NCBI RefSeq assembly: GCF_001194135.2
Contig: NC_068983.1
Location: 72,980,811-73,044,810, forward strand
Direction: 5' to 3'
DNA length: 64,000 bases
DNA from: Octopus bimaculoides
Taxonomy: Eukaryota
The position numbers were made by a program, and so were the translations under genes. A model generated the notes under the pieces. That model did not search any database and had not been told where the DNA came from. It saw only the letters and a list, made by a program, of their open reading frames with translations. Of this stretch, positions 1 to 12,095 are shown piece by piece (positions within the stretch are counted from its first letter, which is position 1; every line of letters begins with the position of its first letter).

Positions 1-97
1 ATATCAATACACACACATACATATATATCAATTGAACTAGAAGGAAGAAACTAGGAAGGCGGTGGTGGTGGTAGTAGTAATAGCAGCAGCAGCAGCA

Positions 98-105
98 GCA
101 GTAGC

Positions 106-157
<52 letters not shown>
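98..157. repeat. (AGC)n/(AGT)n trinucleotide microsatellite
   Basis: Direct: gcagca run followed by a long agtagt run. Confidence 0.95.
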
Positions 158-420
158 AATAGACTGAGAAAGAACATAGGGAAAAAAAACAAATAGCAAA
201 CCAAGAAAACCGGGTGTGAAGCTGCTTAAGGTATTTTTTTTTAAAGTGTGTTTAAAGAAAAGAGGGAGTGAAACTACTGTGTGAGATGACTAGCAATGCA
301 GCTTTCAAATGAAGTGGGAGGGAGAGGAGAGGAGGAGAAGGAAGTGGTGGCGATTTTACTCTTTCTTTCAATACTATAAAAATGTGCAGTATTAAATGAA
401 GAAGGAAGATATCAAATATA

Positions 421-620
421 GGGTATTGCTCCCACATCTGGGATGGTGCTGCTGTTGCACATAGAGATCCTGGACTGCATTCAGAGAAAGGCCACTTGAC
501 TGATTGGCATTCAGTCACCAACAGACACACTCCAGCTTCAGGCCCACAAGCATATCGTCCTCTCTCTCTCTCTCTCTGTATTTTCTTTTGCTACTATAAT
601 GGCCTCTGGTCCTCAGATCT
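421..620 (+). mobile_element. Degraded L2/CR1/Jockey-group LINE ORF2 C-terminal fragment
   Basis: Translates to YCSHIWDGAAVAHIEILDCIQRKAT*LIG, resembling the post-RT motif EYCSHxWxGA...LDxxQRRAxRLI of these LINEs. Contains a stop codon. Confidence 0.55.
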
Positions 621-852
621 GGCTGGTCTTGTTGTACCTCACTAGTTGAAATCAAATATTATATTCATTAATAGTTTCAAATTGAATAAAAAATATTTTC
701 ACTTTCACTTGATCTTATTTATGCTTGAATTAGCTATATATCATTTATACAAATTAATAAATTTTATAACTAATGTTCAATTGTAATCCATATCAACATT
801 CATTGGAGACCAAACTGCTATAGACATAATGGAAAAAAATTTACTTTATACA

Positions 853-1450
853 GGTGTGGGAGTGGCTGTGTGGTAAGTAGCTTGCTTACCAACCACATGG
901 TTCCGGGTTCAGTCCCACTGCGTGGCACCTTGGGCAAGTGTCTTCTACTATAGCCTCGGGCCCACCAAATCCTTGTGAGTGGATTTGGTAGACGGAAACT
1001 GAAAGAAGCCCGTCGTATATATGTATATATATACGACATGATAGATCGCTGACCACTACATTTATATTTTCCTTGTTTCTCTCTTTATTTCTTTCTGTGT
1101 TCCTTTCAGTTGAAGAGAGTAGCTCGAAACGTCAAAGACTTTCTCTATTCCCGAGCGTTAAACTAATACATCCATTTGTTGTTTACACCACCTGTCTTCG
1201 TCTGTTGTTTTTTTTCGTAAATTCTCACATATATATATATGTGTGTGTATATATTTGTGTGTCTGTGTTTGTCCCCCCAACAACACTTGACAACTGATGC
1301 TGGTGTGTTTACGTCCCCATAACTTAGTGGTTCAGCAAAAAAGACCGATAGAATAAGTACTAGGCTTACAAAGAATAAGTCCTAAGGTCGATTTGCTCAA
1401 CTAAAGGCGGTGCTCCAGCATGGCCACAGTCAAATGACTGAAACAATTAA
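853..1450 (+). mobile_element. tRNA-derived CORE-type SINE (family A), interrupted by an insertion
   Basis: tRNA-like head (TGGCTGTGTGGTAAG...GGGTTCAGTCCC), CORE-like CACCTTGGGCAAGTG and a (TA/TG)n middle. Nearly identical copy at 22221-22590. Confidence 0.85.
1034..1228. mobile_element. Penelope-like terminal-repeat fragment inserted in the SINE's TA microsatellite
   Basis: Absent from the sister SINE copy at 22221-22590. Contains TGAAGAGAGTAGCTCGAAACGT, similar to the TGAAGA..CGAAAC motif of Penelope-like ends. Confidence 0.45.
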
Positions 1451-3184
1451 AAGACATGGAAGGTAATTTTTCAAGAGAAAGATAAAAGTATTTTGTTGTA
1501 CAGAAAATGCCTTCATTAAGAACAGTTCTGAGCCATTAACAGCATAATCCCAGAAAACTGGACAAACGTTTTTATTCTCAGCATGGTATTTCAATTGAGA
1601 CAAATTTGAACTGCATTTGAGACCCAAGTTACTTGCCAGACATGAAAAAGTTGAAGTGATTTCAACCACAGTATCTCCACTGATGGCAAATGCAATGTAT
1701 GTAAGTGATGTTGCTGTCCCCAAATGCAGTCAGTCTAACAGTAGAGTATCTTATTACTTCAGCACCAGTTAAAATGGAGTGGTCAAGATGGACGATGACT
1801 GGATCCTTAGTCCAAGGTAAAAAAAAAAAAATCAATGCACAAACTGAAATTAAGTTATAAGAGCTGCATCAAGAATATGCTGAAGAAGGTCAAAGTCTTG
1901 GAAAATGTATGGGAAACCTGGCCCTAGATTGTTCTTCATGGAAGAAAACAGTGTATGATGGAAGGATGAAATTTGAACAAAATTGTATCAAACAGGAACA
2001 GCTCAAGAGAGATGTTTGTAAGGGCTGTAATGTAAATACATAAGGTGGGGTGGGGCACAATGAGTAATATGTATTATATTTTTAACTTATAGGAAAAATA
2101 TGTTTCACAAATACACTTACGAAAACTATATCAGCTAAGCAAATTACCTTCCCTGAATGCATTAAAAACACAATAATTTATTCAGAACACTATTCCAGAA
2201 AATTATCTTCATTCTCTTTGAGTATACAAAAGACATTTAGGTTGGGCGAAGGAGTAAGATGAAGGAAGGTAAATTTGTTTCTTCAATTTGAAACCTCTGA
2301 ACTTCAACAACTATGCTGACCAATTTTTACTCTCAAAGATGATGCAATATTTGCAATAGTAATAGTTTCAAACAAATAAAGAAAATGTGACAAGAAATAA
2401 GAAATTACTCATTTTTCCCCACTTACCCATTTACCTGTTCCCATCCTATTTCAATATAGTTTTTAGCAATGTAACGGTTTGGTCCAGTTGAGAGAGGGAT
2501 GCAAGAGCAGAAAGTCCGTGTGAAATTCTAAATGCAAAAGTATTTCGTTTTTGGAACAGTGGATCTCGAAGCACATAAATAATAGCATATAAATATTAGG
2601 TTGAAAAGCCCTTTTGGAAAGAAAAAGTATAAGGCAGCTTTCAACTTTTTCCATCCAAAAGGGTTTTTCAACCCAGTGTTTACATGCTGTCATTTATAGA
2701 TTTATGTGCTTCGAGATCTACAGTTCCAAAAAAGAAAAAGAATTATTTCATATTCTCTTGGAAGTTTATAAATTCTTATACAGTCAACAAAAATATTATT
2801 AATCATTAAAAAAAAAACAATCTATTGTCGTTACAACCAACGATAGATAGAAATTGCTTACACCAAGTCAAATAGTTCAAATAATTCAACAGTTTGTCTG
2901 AGATGCTGTGGTTGGTAATGACAGTCATTGCCTTTGTCATCTGCATTCATTGGCCTTGACTGCTATGGCCATTACTCTCGTCATTTTCATCGTGACAAAG
3001 GGTAAATACCCAGAAACTTGGGTCCGTGTGTATCACGTCAGGTCGATGATGGGAAGGATGACTTCCTTTTGCAAATACTGATAGGGCACAGAAAGTGTGT
3101 CAATAGCCAGCTGGAGAAGGTGTTCTCCTGGGGCTACAAGCTACAGTAGCATTCACACTTAGTGGTTAGCCACATTTAAGTGGC

Positions 3185-3226
<42 letters not shown>

Positions 3227-3610
3227 CATATATATATATATATAGCTGTCTTTCAAAGAAAAAAGCACCAAAAGATGAAACTGTTAATGAGTTGTCAACC
3301 CCTTGTTGTCGTCATCGATAATTGAGTGATCAGCATTTGCGTTGATATAGTGATTTCTACCAGAGATTCAATAGGCCATTTGTCTACTGATGTCAGCAAT
3401 CTCTAACAAAGTTCTACCTGTTTGCACACAGTGATCCAAGTTCGATTCCTAGGCAGTGATTTAGTGTTTAAAACTGCCAAATATTCTTGCTACAGAATCT
3501 TGATGTGAATTTGTTTGAGTATGTTGACGCCCAGTCCAATTTAACGAGTGTGAGCGTGTCTAAATAAAGCAGAAGTCATCAGGGAAGTTGTTGACTATGT
3601 ATTATACAGC

Positions 3611-4195
3611 GTTTTCACTTGCAGATAGTATGGAAAAAATGTGTTTGGAAGTGGACCGAAACGTCATATGAAGAGGTTCACCAAAACATTATTGTAATAT
3701 CCACAGCAAGGGGCACTCAAAATTGCCCCATCGGTACAAAAGAGTGTAAGTCTCTAGCGGGACTAAAAACCGTGTTTGTGCTGCTCATGTTTCAGAGAAC
3801 AATAAAGAGATGGCATGATTAGAAATTGAGCTGAATCCATCACGCATACATGCATATGTATGTACATATGTATGTATGTATGTATGTATGTCGGGCATGT
3901 GGAAGGGAGTGTGATTCAGCAGGAGGACTTAAACGACACGCAAAGGTACATGGAGCCCAATTACAACAACAGCCAGCTATTGCTAGTAAAGGTTTTGGAT
4001 GCCAACTCTGTGCAAGACATTGTAGATCTTTGGCCGGGCTAAAAAGTCACATTTGATCACAGCACCGTTAAGTTAATCTTCGTGCAATGGCCATACTCGA
4101 TAACGAGGGGGCAGCCAGCATGTATGTATGTATGTATGTATGTATGTATGTATGTATGTATTATGTATGTATTATGTATGTATTATGTATGTATG
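3611..4195 (+). pseudogene. Decayed array of ~4 C2H2 zinc-finger motifs ending in an (ATGT)n tail (LINE ORF2 C-terminus or ZNF pseudogene)
   Basis: YVCRACGRECDSAGGLKRHAKVH (3881-3950) and FGCQLCARHCRSLAGLKSHI*SQH (3992-4065). Broken fingers at ~3620 (CR*YGK...KRHMK) and ~3724 (CPIGTKECKSLAGLK). Stops and frameshifts present. Confidence 0.7.
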
Positions 4196-4847
4196 AGTTT
4201 GAACATTTGTAAAATGAAAATGTTTTAAAATTCAGCAGTTCCAATCTGGCACATATTACCATACGTCCACTAGTAGGAGTTTTCTTGACATTTTCATATT
4301 TGTCTGTGGTTTATGCACAGTCATTCTCTTGCATAGTGATAATCTAGTCCATCCAAATGTAGTTTTCCAAACATCCACAGCACATTCTGACCTACATCAA
4401 ATTTTAGGAGTAACAAGTGAAGTTATTTATTTTAAAGACTTATTCATCCTTAAATCTGAACTCCCAGCCTTCGGTAGAATATAGCTAAGTACCACAGTTT
4501 AGTATTTCACATTCAGTAACCATGGGGTGGGGAAATTGCTTGGAGACCCTTACCCCAGTTAGTATATTTTTCAATATCTTAGGTTGCTTTTTTGATCTTC
4601 AAGTAAAACAGGTAAGTTGTTTGAATGTGGTTGAATATTTCAGTATTTCGCGAGTTAAATGTAGATACATACGACAAAATATTTTTCTGGGTTCAACTTT
4701 TTACTTTTCTAAGATTATTTATACTTGTTCAGTCAGTTTTTCAGCCATGTCCGTTGACTGCTAATTGACTTATCCAATTCTGCAAGGTTATCAGCATGAA
4801 ACCATTCATTAGCATAAATCAGCTATTATGAGTCTGTAGTAACGCCG

Positions 4848-4875
4848 TGCGCATGCGTAGTCTCACGCATGCGTG
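4848..4875. promoter_or_regulatory. Two adjacent NRF1/Ewg-like GCGCATGCG palindromic motifs
   Basis: TGCGCATGCGTA (4848-4859) and the perfect palindrome CACGCATGCGTG (4864-4875) in a locally CpG-rich, non-repeat stretch. Confidence 0.4.
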
Positions 4876-5740
4876 GAATTCAACAAGCAAGCTTTCCCGC
4901 TTAATTCTTTTTCTTTTCTTGCTGGCCAGCGATTGAGCATGGACGTGTTTAGCTGTCACTCTCCATCTTTCGGACTTACGCTCGACAGCTCGCTTACATC
5001 TACATAATAACGTCCCAGCAACAATGCTCACACACACAGAAGCTGTAACAACAAACAAAAGCTAAAGATGTATATATTTACCACCTAAATAAATGTTGTT
5101 TAAGTTGATAGTCTGGAGTTCAGCGTTCCGTTATATTTCTTAATTTTATGTAGGAAAGTCAGGTATACATATAAAGATGTATAACCCACTTTCCACTAAA
5201 AGTCTGTAATAGCGTATAATTTTATGTATGTTTGTATGAATATTGAAGCCCATGGTGGGTTGTGCCTGAATTCTAAAAGGTATAGCCTTATAACACACTG
5301 CACCACGCTGATTCTGCCTGAGAATAATGTTAAGTGAATATGTTTGTGAAATACTCAGCCACTTACACTTTAATGCAAGAGCAGGTAATTCAGTTACGTG
5401 AATAAATGAAGCCTCATCGTCAAACGCTGGAGATACTATACATACATAAATATACACACACACATACATATTCATACAAGAAGTTCGTTTCTCAACCACA
5501 TGGACCCATAAATTTTTTTTTTTTTAATATTAGACATGGTGGAAAATTGATTTTCTACCATGTCTTTTAATAATAATGATGAGAAGGTCATAAAAATTAA
5601 GAATTTCTATTAAAAAACTCCATTTCTGTATTATGCATAGTCATGTCCCAAGGTTAGGCAAATTGCGATATGTAATTAGGGTTTAGGATTAGGGTAAAGG
5701 TTTCAGGGTGGAATATTGCACAAGTATAAAATTAATATTC

Positions 5741-6505
5741 TTATCTATCTGTACAGCTTGTAAAGTTCACCTGTATTCTGTATGAATGCTTCAAACAGAT
5801 CCTTGTACGTATACCTCCACATATATTCACACAGATGGCTGGTGAGGTTTGCATGTGCGTCTCACTCATTTCGCGATTGATCTGCCACCATAGATTCTCA
5901 ATGTTGTTCATGTGAGCTCCGGTGAGAGAATCCACAAAGTTATAGCTGTTGTTGACAGTGAGATGCTGGAAATGAGAAGCTTCAAGACTATCGTATAATT
6001 GGTTCCAGTGTGGGCCTATCCCACTTGTTATTTGGCAATGCAACAAGAAAAGTTTCCCAAGTTTCACGGTATATTCCTCTAAACACCAACTGTCCTTCCA
6101 CAAATTTCCTGTGATTGTACTTTGTTTTGTTAAATTTCGATTCGTCGATTTCAACTATAAGTCCAGGGCCTCCAATGGGTTAGTCCGTGTGCAGTTTTGT
6201 CTCCACTGACCACTGACCGCTGATGAAATGCTTGTTTCGTGCCCAGTTTGCTTATACAGCAACTTATGAATAAAACAGTTAACCAATAGCAAACTCTTTC
6301 GAAGAGACAAATTGCTATGTCCAAACCAAGTTCCTTTATGAAGTGGTATTTGGTTCTTCACTTTCTCTTTACAAGTTCTCTTGTTGCATTGAAACCTTCG
6401 CTTTGCATGAGATCTTCTGGCATGCTTCACTTTGTAGATTTTGTTCAGTTTGATTTTATAAGATGGGCAACACATTTCTTTGGCTATGAGTTCAAGTTCT
6501 TTCTA
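5741..6505 (-). mobile_element. Merlin/ISXO2 (IS1595-like) DDE transposase remnant
   Basis: FQCNKRTC...KGTWFGHSNLSLRKSLLL N-terminal region, EIDESKFNKTKYNHR (first catalytic D, ~6110-6155) and HFQHLTVNNSYNFVDSLTGAHMNNIENLW, all typical of ISXO2/Merlin transposases. Frameshifted. Confidence 0.85.
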
Positions 6506-7411
6506 CTACATGCACAAGGCTTAAATTTTGGGAGGAGGTAACTAATCTATTACATCGACCTCAATGCNNNNNNNNNNGGTTCTTCACTTTCTCTTTACAA
6601 GTTCTCTTGTTGCATTGAAACCTTCGCTTTGCATGAGATCTTCTGGCATGCTTCACTTTGTAGATTTTGTTCAGTTTGATTTTATAAGATGGGCAACACA
6701 TTTCTTTGGCTATGAGTTCAAGTTCTTTCTACTACATGCACAAGGCTTAAATTTTGGGAGGAGGTAACTAATCTATTACATCGACCTCAATGCTCATCTG
6801 GTACTTATTTTATTGACCTGGAACAAATAAAATGCTAAGCCGACTTCGGTGGTATTTGAAATTGGAACATAAAGCTGGAAGCATTTTATCCGGTGTGTAA
6901 AAGATTCTGCCAGCCAGCTGTCTTGGAATTTCTATTGATACAGATATCAGTTGTGAATTGGAACATAGAGTAATTATGGAAAGAGAGTTAAATGAAATAT
7001 GACGGAAAAGAGCGGACGAAAAGCAATGATACAAGAGAAGGGCAAGTGGCAACGTTAAGTTGTGAAAGAAGAGAAAGAAATGAATTGAAAAGAGAGAAGA
7101 GGAAAACAGAGGTGCATATGAAAAGAGGGACGTGTTTAGATGCATAAGAGAGGAGAAAGAAATGAAATGACGAGAGATCAGAGATGTGTAAGAAAAGGGC
7201 GAAGAGCAAAAATGTGTACAATGAGGAGAGGTGATGCTAAAGAAGAAGAGATGGAAATGGAGAGAAAAAGACGTGGAGAAGCAAATAAATAATTAAATGA
7301 AAATGTTTAAAAAGAGAGGCAATGGTAGAGATGTGAAAAAGTGAGATGAAGAAGAAGCATAGAAGCAAAAAGATGAGAGAAAGGGATGGAAGAAGGAAGA
7401 TGTGGAAAGGT

Positions 7412-7503
7412 AGAAGAAGAAGAAGAAGAAGAAGAAGAAGAAGAAGAAGAAGAAGAAGAAGAAGAAGAAGAAGAAGAAGAAGAAGAAGGAGGAGGAGGAG
7501 AAG
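7412..7503. repeat. (AAG)n/(AGG)n microsatellite within a purine-rich low-complexity tract (~6985-7700)
   Basis: Direct. Confidence 0.95.
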
Positions 7504-7918
7504 GTGGGGTAGAGATAAACGAAAAAAAAACCGAATGACGCGCAGAGATGCAAAGAAAAAAAAGCGGGGAGGAGCAGAAATACAAAAGATGGGACGATGT
7601 AGAAATACGAATGGATAGAGTGAGGTGTGAATAGATTGGAAGCAATGAAGAAAAACAATAGAAGTGTGAAAAAGAGAATGAGGCGGGAGGAGAAAAGACA
7701 TTGCTTTTAACGTTTACAATTCAGTATCGATACGTCTATATCGTCTGGTCATCTTAATTACAATTGTAAACGACAACGACGATGCGGATTATAAGGAGAT
7801 GGAAGAAGAGGGTGGTTGTAGGTGGTGACTGACAGGAACAATACATCCATATTTGTAAACTATTCATTCACAGACTACGTCTATACGTTTGTAACAAACA
7901 TACAAATATGCATATATG

Positions 7919-7919
<1 letters not shown>

Positions 7920-7984
<65 letters not shown>

Positions 7985-8030
7985 TACATACATACATACA
8001 TACATACATACATACATACATACATACACA
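7920..8030. repeat. (CA)n/(CATA)n compound microsatellite
   Basis: Direct. Confidence 0.95.
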
Positions 8031-8304
8031 CTTTCATAAATGCATGCCAATATACATATACAAATTTATTCATACGCACTTAAAAACATGAATGTTACAT
8101 ACAAGCACACGGTGATCTAATATTGCGCTCTTCGAAATGCATCCATATAATCAAGAAGTATACTCACCTACTTGAAAACTTGAGGCTCTATAATCAAATA
8201 GCTAAACAATGTTTTCAGTCTGGCACCACCTTACTTTGGTCCGTCCCACAAAATTAAGCATTGCCCATGTGATGTCAGGGCGTGTTCACGAAGTATTAGA
8301 TATG

Positions 8305-8494
8305 TATAAAAGGAAACTGTTTGTGTCAATGATTCACAGGGCAGCAAACGAAATATCAGCATAAACTGCAATTTCAAAAAATATTCCCATCGGTTCAAAA
8401 GAATTTAACACCAAACTTGGCGCACACAATTTTAAGTTGCCACCAACTGTGATAAAACAAGCATCCGCAACTCTGAACAGAGCTGCTAGTAAGT
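8305..8494 (+). promoter_or_regulatory. Candidate TATA box and non-coding first exon for the Arg-rich gene
   Basis: TATAAAAG at 8305-8312 and consensus donor GTAAGT at 8489-8494. The next strong acceptor is (T)n-CACTTCAG ending at 12083, 12 nt before the ATG at 12096. Confidence 0.4.
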
Positions 8495-9612
8495 TATTCT
8501 TTTTCTCTACATACGTATTTTTTTAATTTCTCACTTGTTATTTTAATTTTAAAATTGTGCATTAAATATGTTTGTACGCGTCAGATTGAATTTCAAATTT
8601 TGTAAGCAAATATTCGAAGTTTAAAATACATTAATTAAATTTTAGAAAAATTTTGAGTTGCGCTTCCAGTTTGTTCTCTTCAGAAAGAAACTACACGAAA
8701 GATGAACAAGATGCATTTGGTATTTGCCAGTATAAGCTAGAACACTAAATTTGGTTGATAAAGAATTTTTAATCGTCAGTTACTTTGAAAGAAGTTACGA
8801 TCTTTTAATTTAAAATTTCCATTTCTTTAGGTTTGGCATAAAAATAAACTATTTAATAGATAAAAAAATTTTAACCTGATTGGTTTTCTTTTATTTTAAC
8901 TGAATTTGTTCTTAAAGATGTTAAAGTTTTATCCTTCTTCCAATTCGGAATATCTATAATATATAATAATATACATAAGTATAAGAGTATAAGGAAAATA
9001 TTTCGGTTTCCCAGCTTTAAACGTATTAACGATTGAAGTATAGTTTCTATCGGTCATTCCGATTCTTGGTTGAAGTTGTTTTTACTTCATTTTTACTAAT
9101 AATTATTTTTTGGAAAAGATACAGCTACATTTCATTTCTTCTTTCAAATAACCGTACGCCTGGTCAAAAGTAATAGGTGGTTTGAAAATATTTATAATCT
9201 TAAATTTCCTTTTAATATTACAAAGTCGTTAGACAAAAGGTCTATGAATATTCAGTCAGTTTTTTCTGTTCTGAATACAAATCCGGCCGTGATTAATTTT
9301 GCTTTTCATCATTCTGGTCATGACAAAACAAAGTACCATCAAGAACTGGAGCCGATCTAATCAACTATAACTTCATTAAATTTGTGGACTTGTGCCGTTG
9401 CTATATATCAAAACTATCTTTTCAAAGTTAAACATGGTCAATTGTTGTAAGTTCTCGTGATTTGCGGTCTTAAAATATTTTATTCGTGTTTCTATTGAGT
9501 AATAACGGTTAAGGCAGTGGGGAATATCAACTTTCACTTTCTTTTCCACCAATTTTTATTTCTTTTTAATCAAATACGATATTTTGGTTTGTTATTATTA
9601 TTGTTGTTTAAA

Positions 9613-9815
9613 GCAAGACTCGGCAGAACTTTTAGCACACCAGATAAAATGCTTAATGACATTTAGTCCATCTTTAACGTTCTGAGTTCAAATTCTGCCG
9701 AGGTGGACTACGCCTTTCATCTTTTCAGAGTCAATAAAATAAGTACCAGTTGAGTACTGGAATCGATGTAATCGACTTCCCCCTCCCCTCAAAATTGCTG
9801 GCTTTGTGCAATAAT
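9613..9815 (+). mobile_element. tRNA-derived SINE (family C)
   Basis: GGCAGAA..TTAGC head, GAGTTCAAATTC B-box and GCCTTTCATC...GTCGATGTAATCGAC body shared with 10016-10225 and 10736-10920. Confidence 0.8.
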
Positions 9816-9926
9816 TAAAATAATTATAGTTTGATGTTATTAAAAATATAGTTCCACTCAAATACTGGAACGATTCAATCGACTAACCCTCTCCTCCAAA
9901 ATTTAGGCCGTTTGCCTGTGTAAGAA

Positions 9927-9980
<54 letters not shown>

Positions 9981-10015
9981 GTTATTACTACTACTACTAC
10001 TATTACTATCATTAT

Positions 10016-10224
10016 AAGGCGAGCTGACAGAATCGTTAGCATACCGGACGAAATGATTGGCGGTATTTCGTCCGTCTTCAAGTTCTGAGTTCAAATCCCG
10101 CCGTGGTTGACTTTGCCTTTCATCCTTTCGGGGTCGATAAATTAAGTAGCAATGAAACACTGGTGTCGATGTAATCCACTCACCCCTCCTCTAAAATGGC
10201 TGCCCTTATGGCAAAATTTGAAGC

Positions 10225-10225
<1 letters not shown>
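10016..10225 (+). mobile_element. tRNA-derived SINE (family C) flanked by (ATT)n
   Basis: B-box GAGTTCAAATCCC, same body as the neighbouring copies. Confidence 0.85.
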
Positions 10226-10258
<33 letters not shown>

Positions 10259-10261
10259 TTA

Positions 10262-10650
10262 AAATAAAATATGGTCCGTTGTCTTCTGCTGAACCGGGGT
10301 CATCCCTTGACCCTAGGGTCACAGCAGGTCCTCATCTCATGGAGAGTACACGGCGTAAAATGTGTCCGGAACCTAGCAACACTATTTTCTGAAATTCTCC
10401 CACGTTAACACTACAAGGGAGTTTGTTGAGTTGCTTATCAAGGCCCTTTTTAATTAGCCCTAACGCTCCAATGCACCACTGGTGCTGTGATGCTTTTCAT
10501 TCCCCACATCTTGGTCACTTCTATTTCTAGGTCTTTGTACATAAATAACTTTTCAACTTCTTTAATGGACGCATTTCTCTCTGGTGGTACTGTCAGATCT
10601 ATCATTAAGCATTTCTTATTCTTCCCATCTTTGATGATTATGTCCGGCCT
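10262..10650 (-). mobile_element. R4/Dong-like non-LTR retrotransposon 3' end (RLE domain)
   Basis: Reverse strand reads RPDIIIKDGKNKKCLMIDLTVPPERNASIKEVEK...W...(frameshift)IGALG...QKIVLLGSGHILRRVLS, the PD-(D/E)xK restriction-like endonuclease C-terminus. Followed by a (TAA)n tail. Confidence 0.85.
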
Positions 10651-10711
<61 letters not shown>

Positions 10712-10735
10712 TATTATTATTAGTGTTGTTGTTGT

Positions 10736-10917
10736 GGTGAGCTGGCAAAACCGTTAACACGCCGGGCAAAATGCTTAACGACATTTCGTCCGTCTTGAGT
10801 AAAATTCCGCCGAGGTCTACTTTGCCTTTCATCCTTTTGAGATTGATAAAATAAGTACCAGTGGTCGATGTAATAGATTTACACCCTCCCCTGAAATTGC
10901 TGGCCTTGTGTTTTGAA

Positions 10918-10920
<3 letters not shown>
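10736..10920 (+). mobile_element. tRNA-derived SINE (family C) flanked by (ATT)n
   Basis: Same head and body as 10016-10225, with an internal deletion. Confidence 0.8.
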
Positions 10921-10960
<40 letters not shown>

Positions 10961-11049
10961 GAGACAACGGAGTAAAGACCACAGTGTCAGATTAATTGAC
11001 TTACAAATGTTTAGTTACGTTTCGAGAATCTTCTTTGCTACATCCACTA

Positions 11050-11760
11050 TTCGAAACATCGTCCCTTGTCCTTTGTTGGACATGAGTCTTGCCCGATTGT
11101 TGTCATTTGTTCCACCTTCTTGATCAGAATTTGTCAAAATCGTCTCGGCATCGGATCCGTAGATGACCACAGCTTCGTTTGTAGCTTCTGGAGCCCAGCT
11201 AGTTAACCTCGATGTTCACCAATAATTTGTCATTCTCGTCAAGTGACCTGCTCGGATTCATTTTAATTTATATTTCTGACAATGCCATGGATATCTGTCT
11301 GCATCAATTGAACTGTTCTCCTATCTCTGTATTTGAATGACGAGCATAATTCTTTCGTAAACTTGTTGCATTGTTCCTAGTTTGCGGCATTTTTATTTTA
11401 TTTTATGTCTCAGAACCGTATGTCAAATTTGGTAGTATGCATTCGTTATATATTTATCTTTTCAGAACCATAATCATATTAGAATTGAAGATGGAACTAG
11501 CTCGACCAAAAGACTGCCATCCTCTGTATGATTCAGTGTATGATTTCCTATTTCTTGCAAGGAATTGCTAATATATATTAATCCGAGTAGATATAATCAT
11601 CAACATGCCGGATGGTCTCATTTTTCAACTTTTACATCGGATTCTTTATGTAGCTCTTTCTGTTTACCATTACTTGGATTTTCTCATGCTCATGTGGAGT
11701 TCCACCGATTTGCTTGAGTTCGTTGAGCATTTCATGCAATTTGTCAATAGTTGTATAGAA
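11050..11760 (-). mobile_element. Old degraded RTE-type LINE fragment
   Basis: Reverse strand gives KR*IYNECILPNLTYGSET, matching the RTE KxKxFNxCILPxxTYGSETW motif. Many stops. Confidence 0.55.
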
Positions 11761-12095
11761 TGCTAAGGTCAGATGTCAAGAATTCGCGAAGTTCAGCTTT
11801 TTATTTTAGATAAAACTTTGTTTTTGGTATTTAGACCAAGAGCAGCCCTGATGAAGCATAAATATCAAAAGTGATCCGACATTAATTAACCTGTCTTTTC
11901 CTTTGTTTTCTAGTGTATTCCTTTTTTATAATCAGTGCGGTATGATTCTAGGGACGATGCATACTGTCTTACAAATTTGTAGTTTTGAATGTTGAAAATA
12001 TTTATTTTAATTATATGAGGACAGAGTGTATATTATCATCTCCTGTGTTTCATTTTTTTTTTCTTTTTTTTTTTTCACTTCAGACCTTGTAGAGG

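Noticed and set aside
6352-6793. Exact 216-bp tandem duplication (6352-6567 / 6578-6793) and the twin 74/67-aa ORFs
   Set aside because: The copies are identical and separated by a 10-N gap, so this is a contig-overlap artefact.
7237-7701. Poly-Leu/Phe/Ser/Arg ORFs
   Set aside because: Translations of the (AAG)n microsatellite and purine tract.
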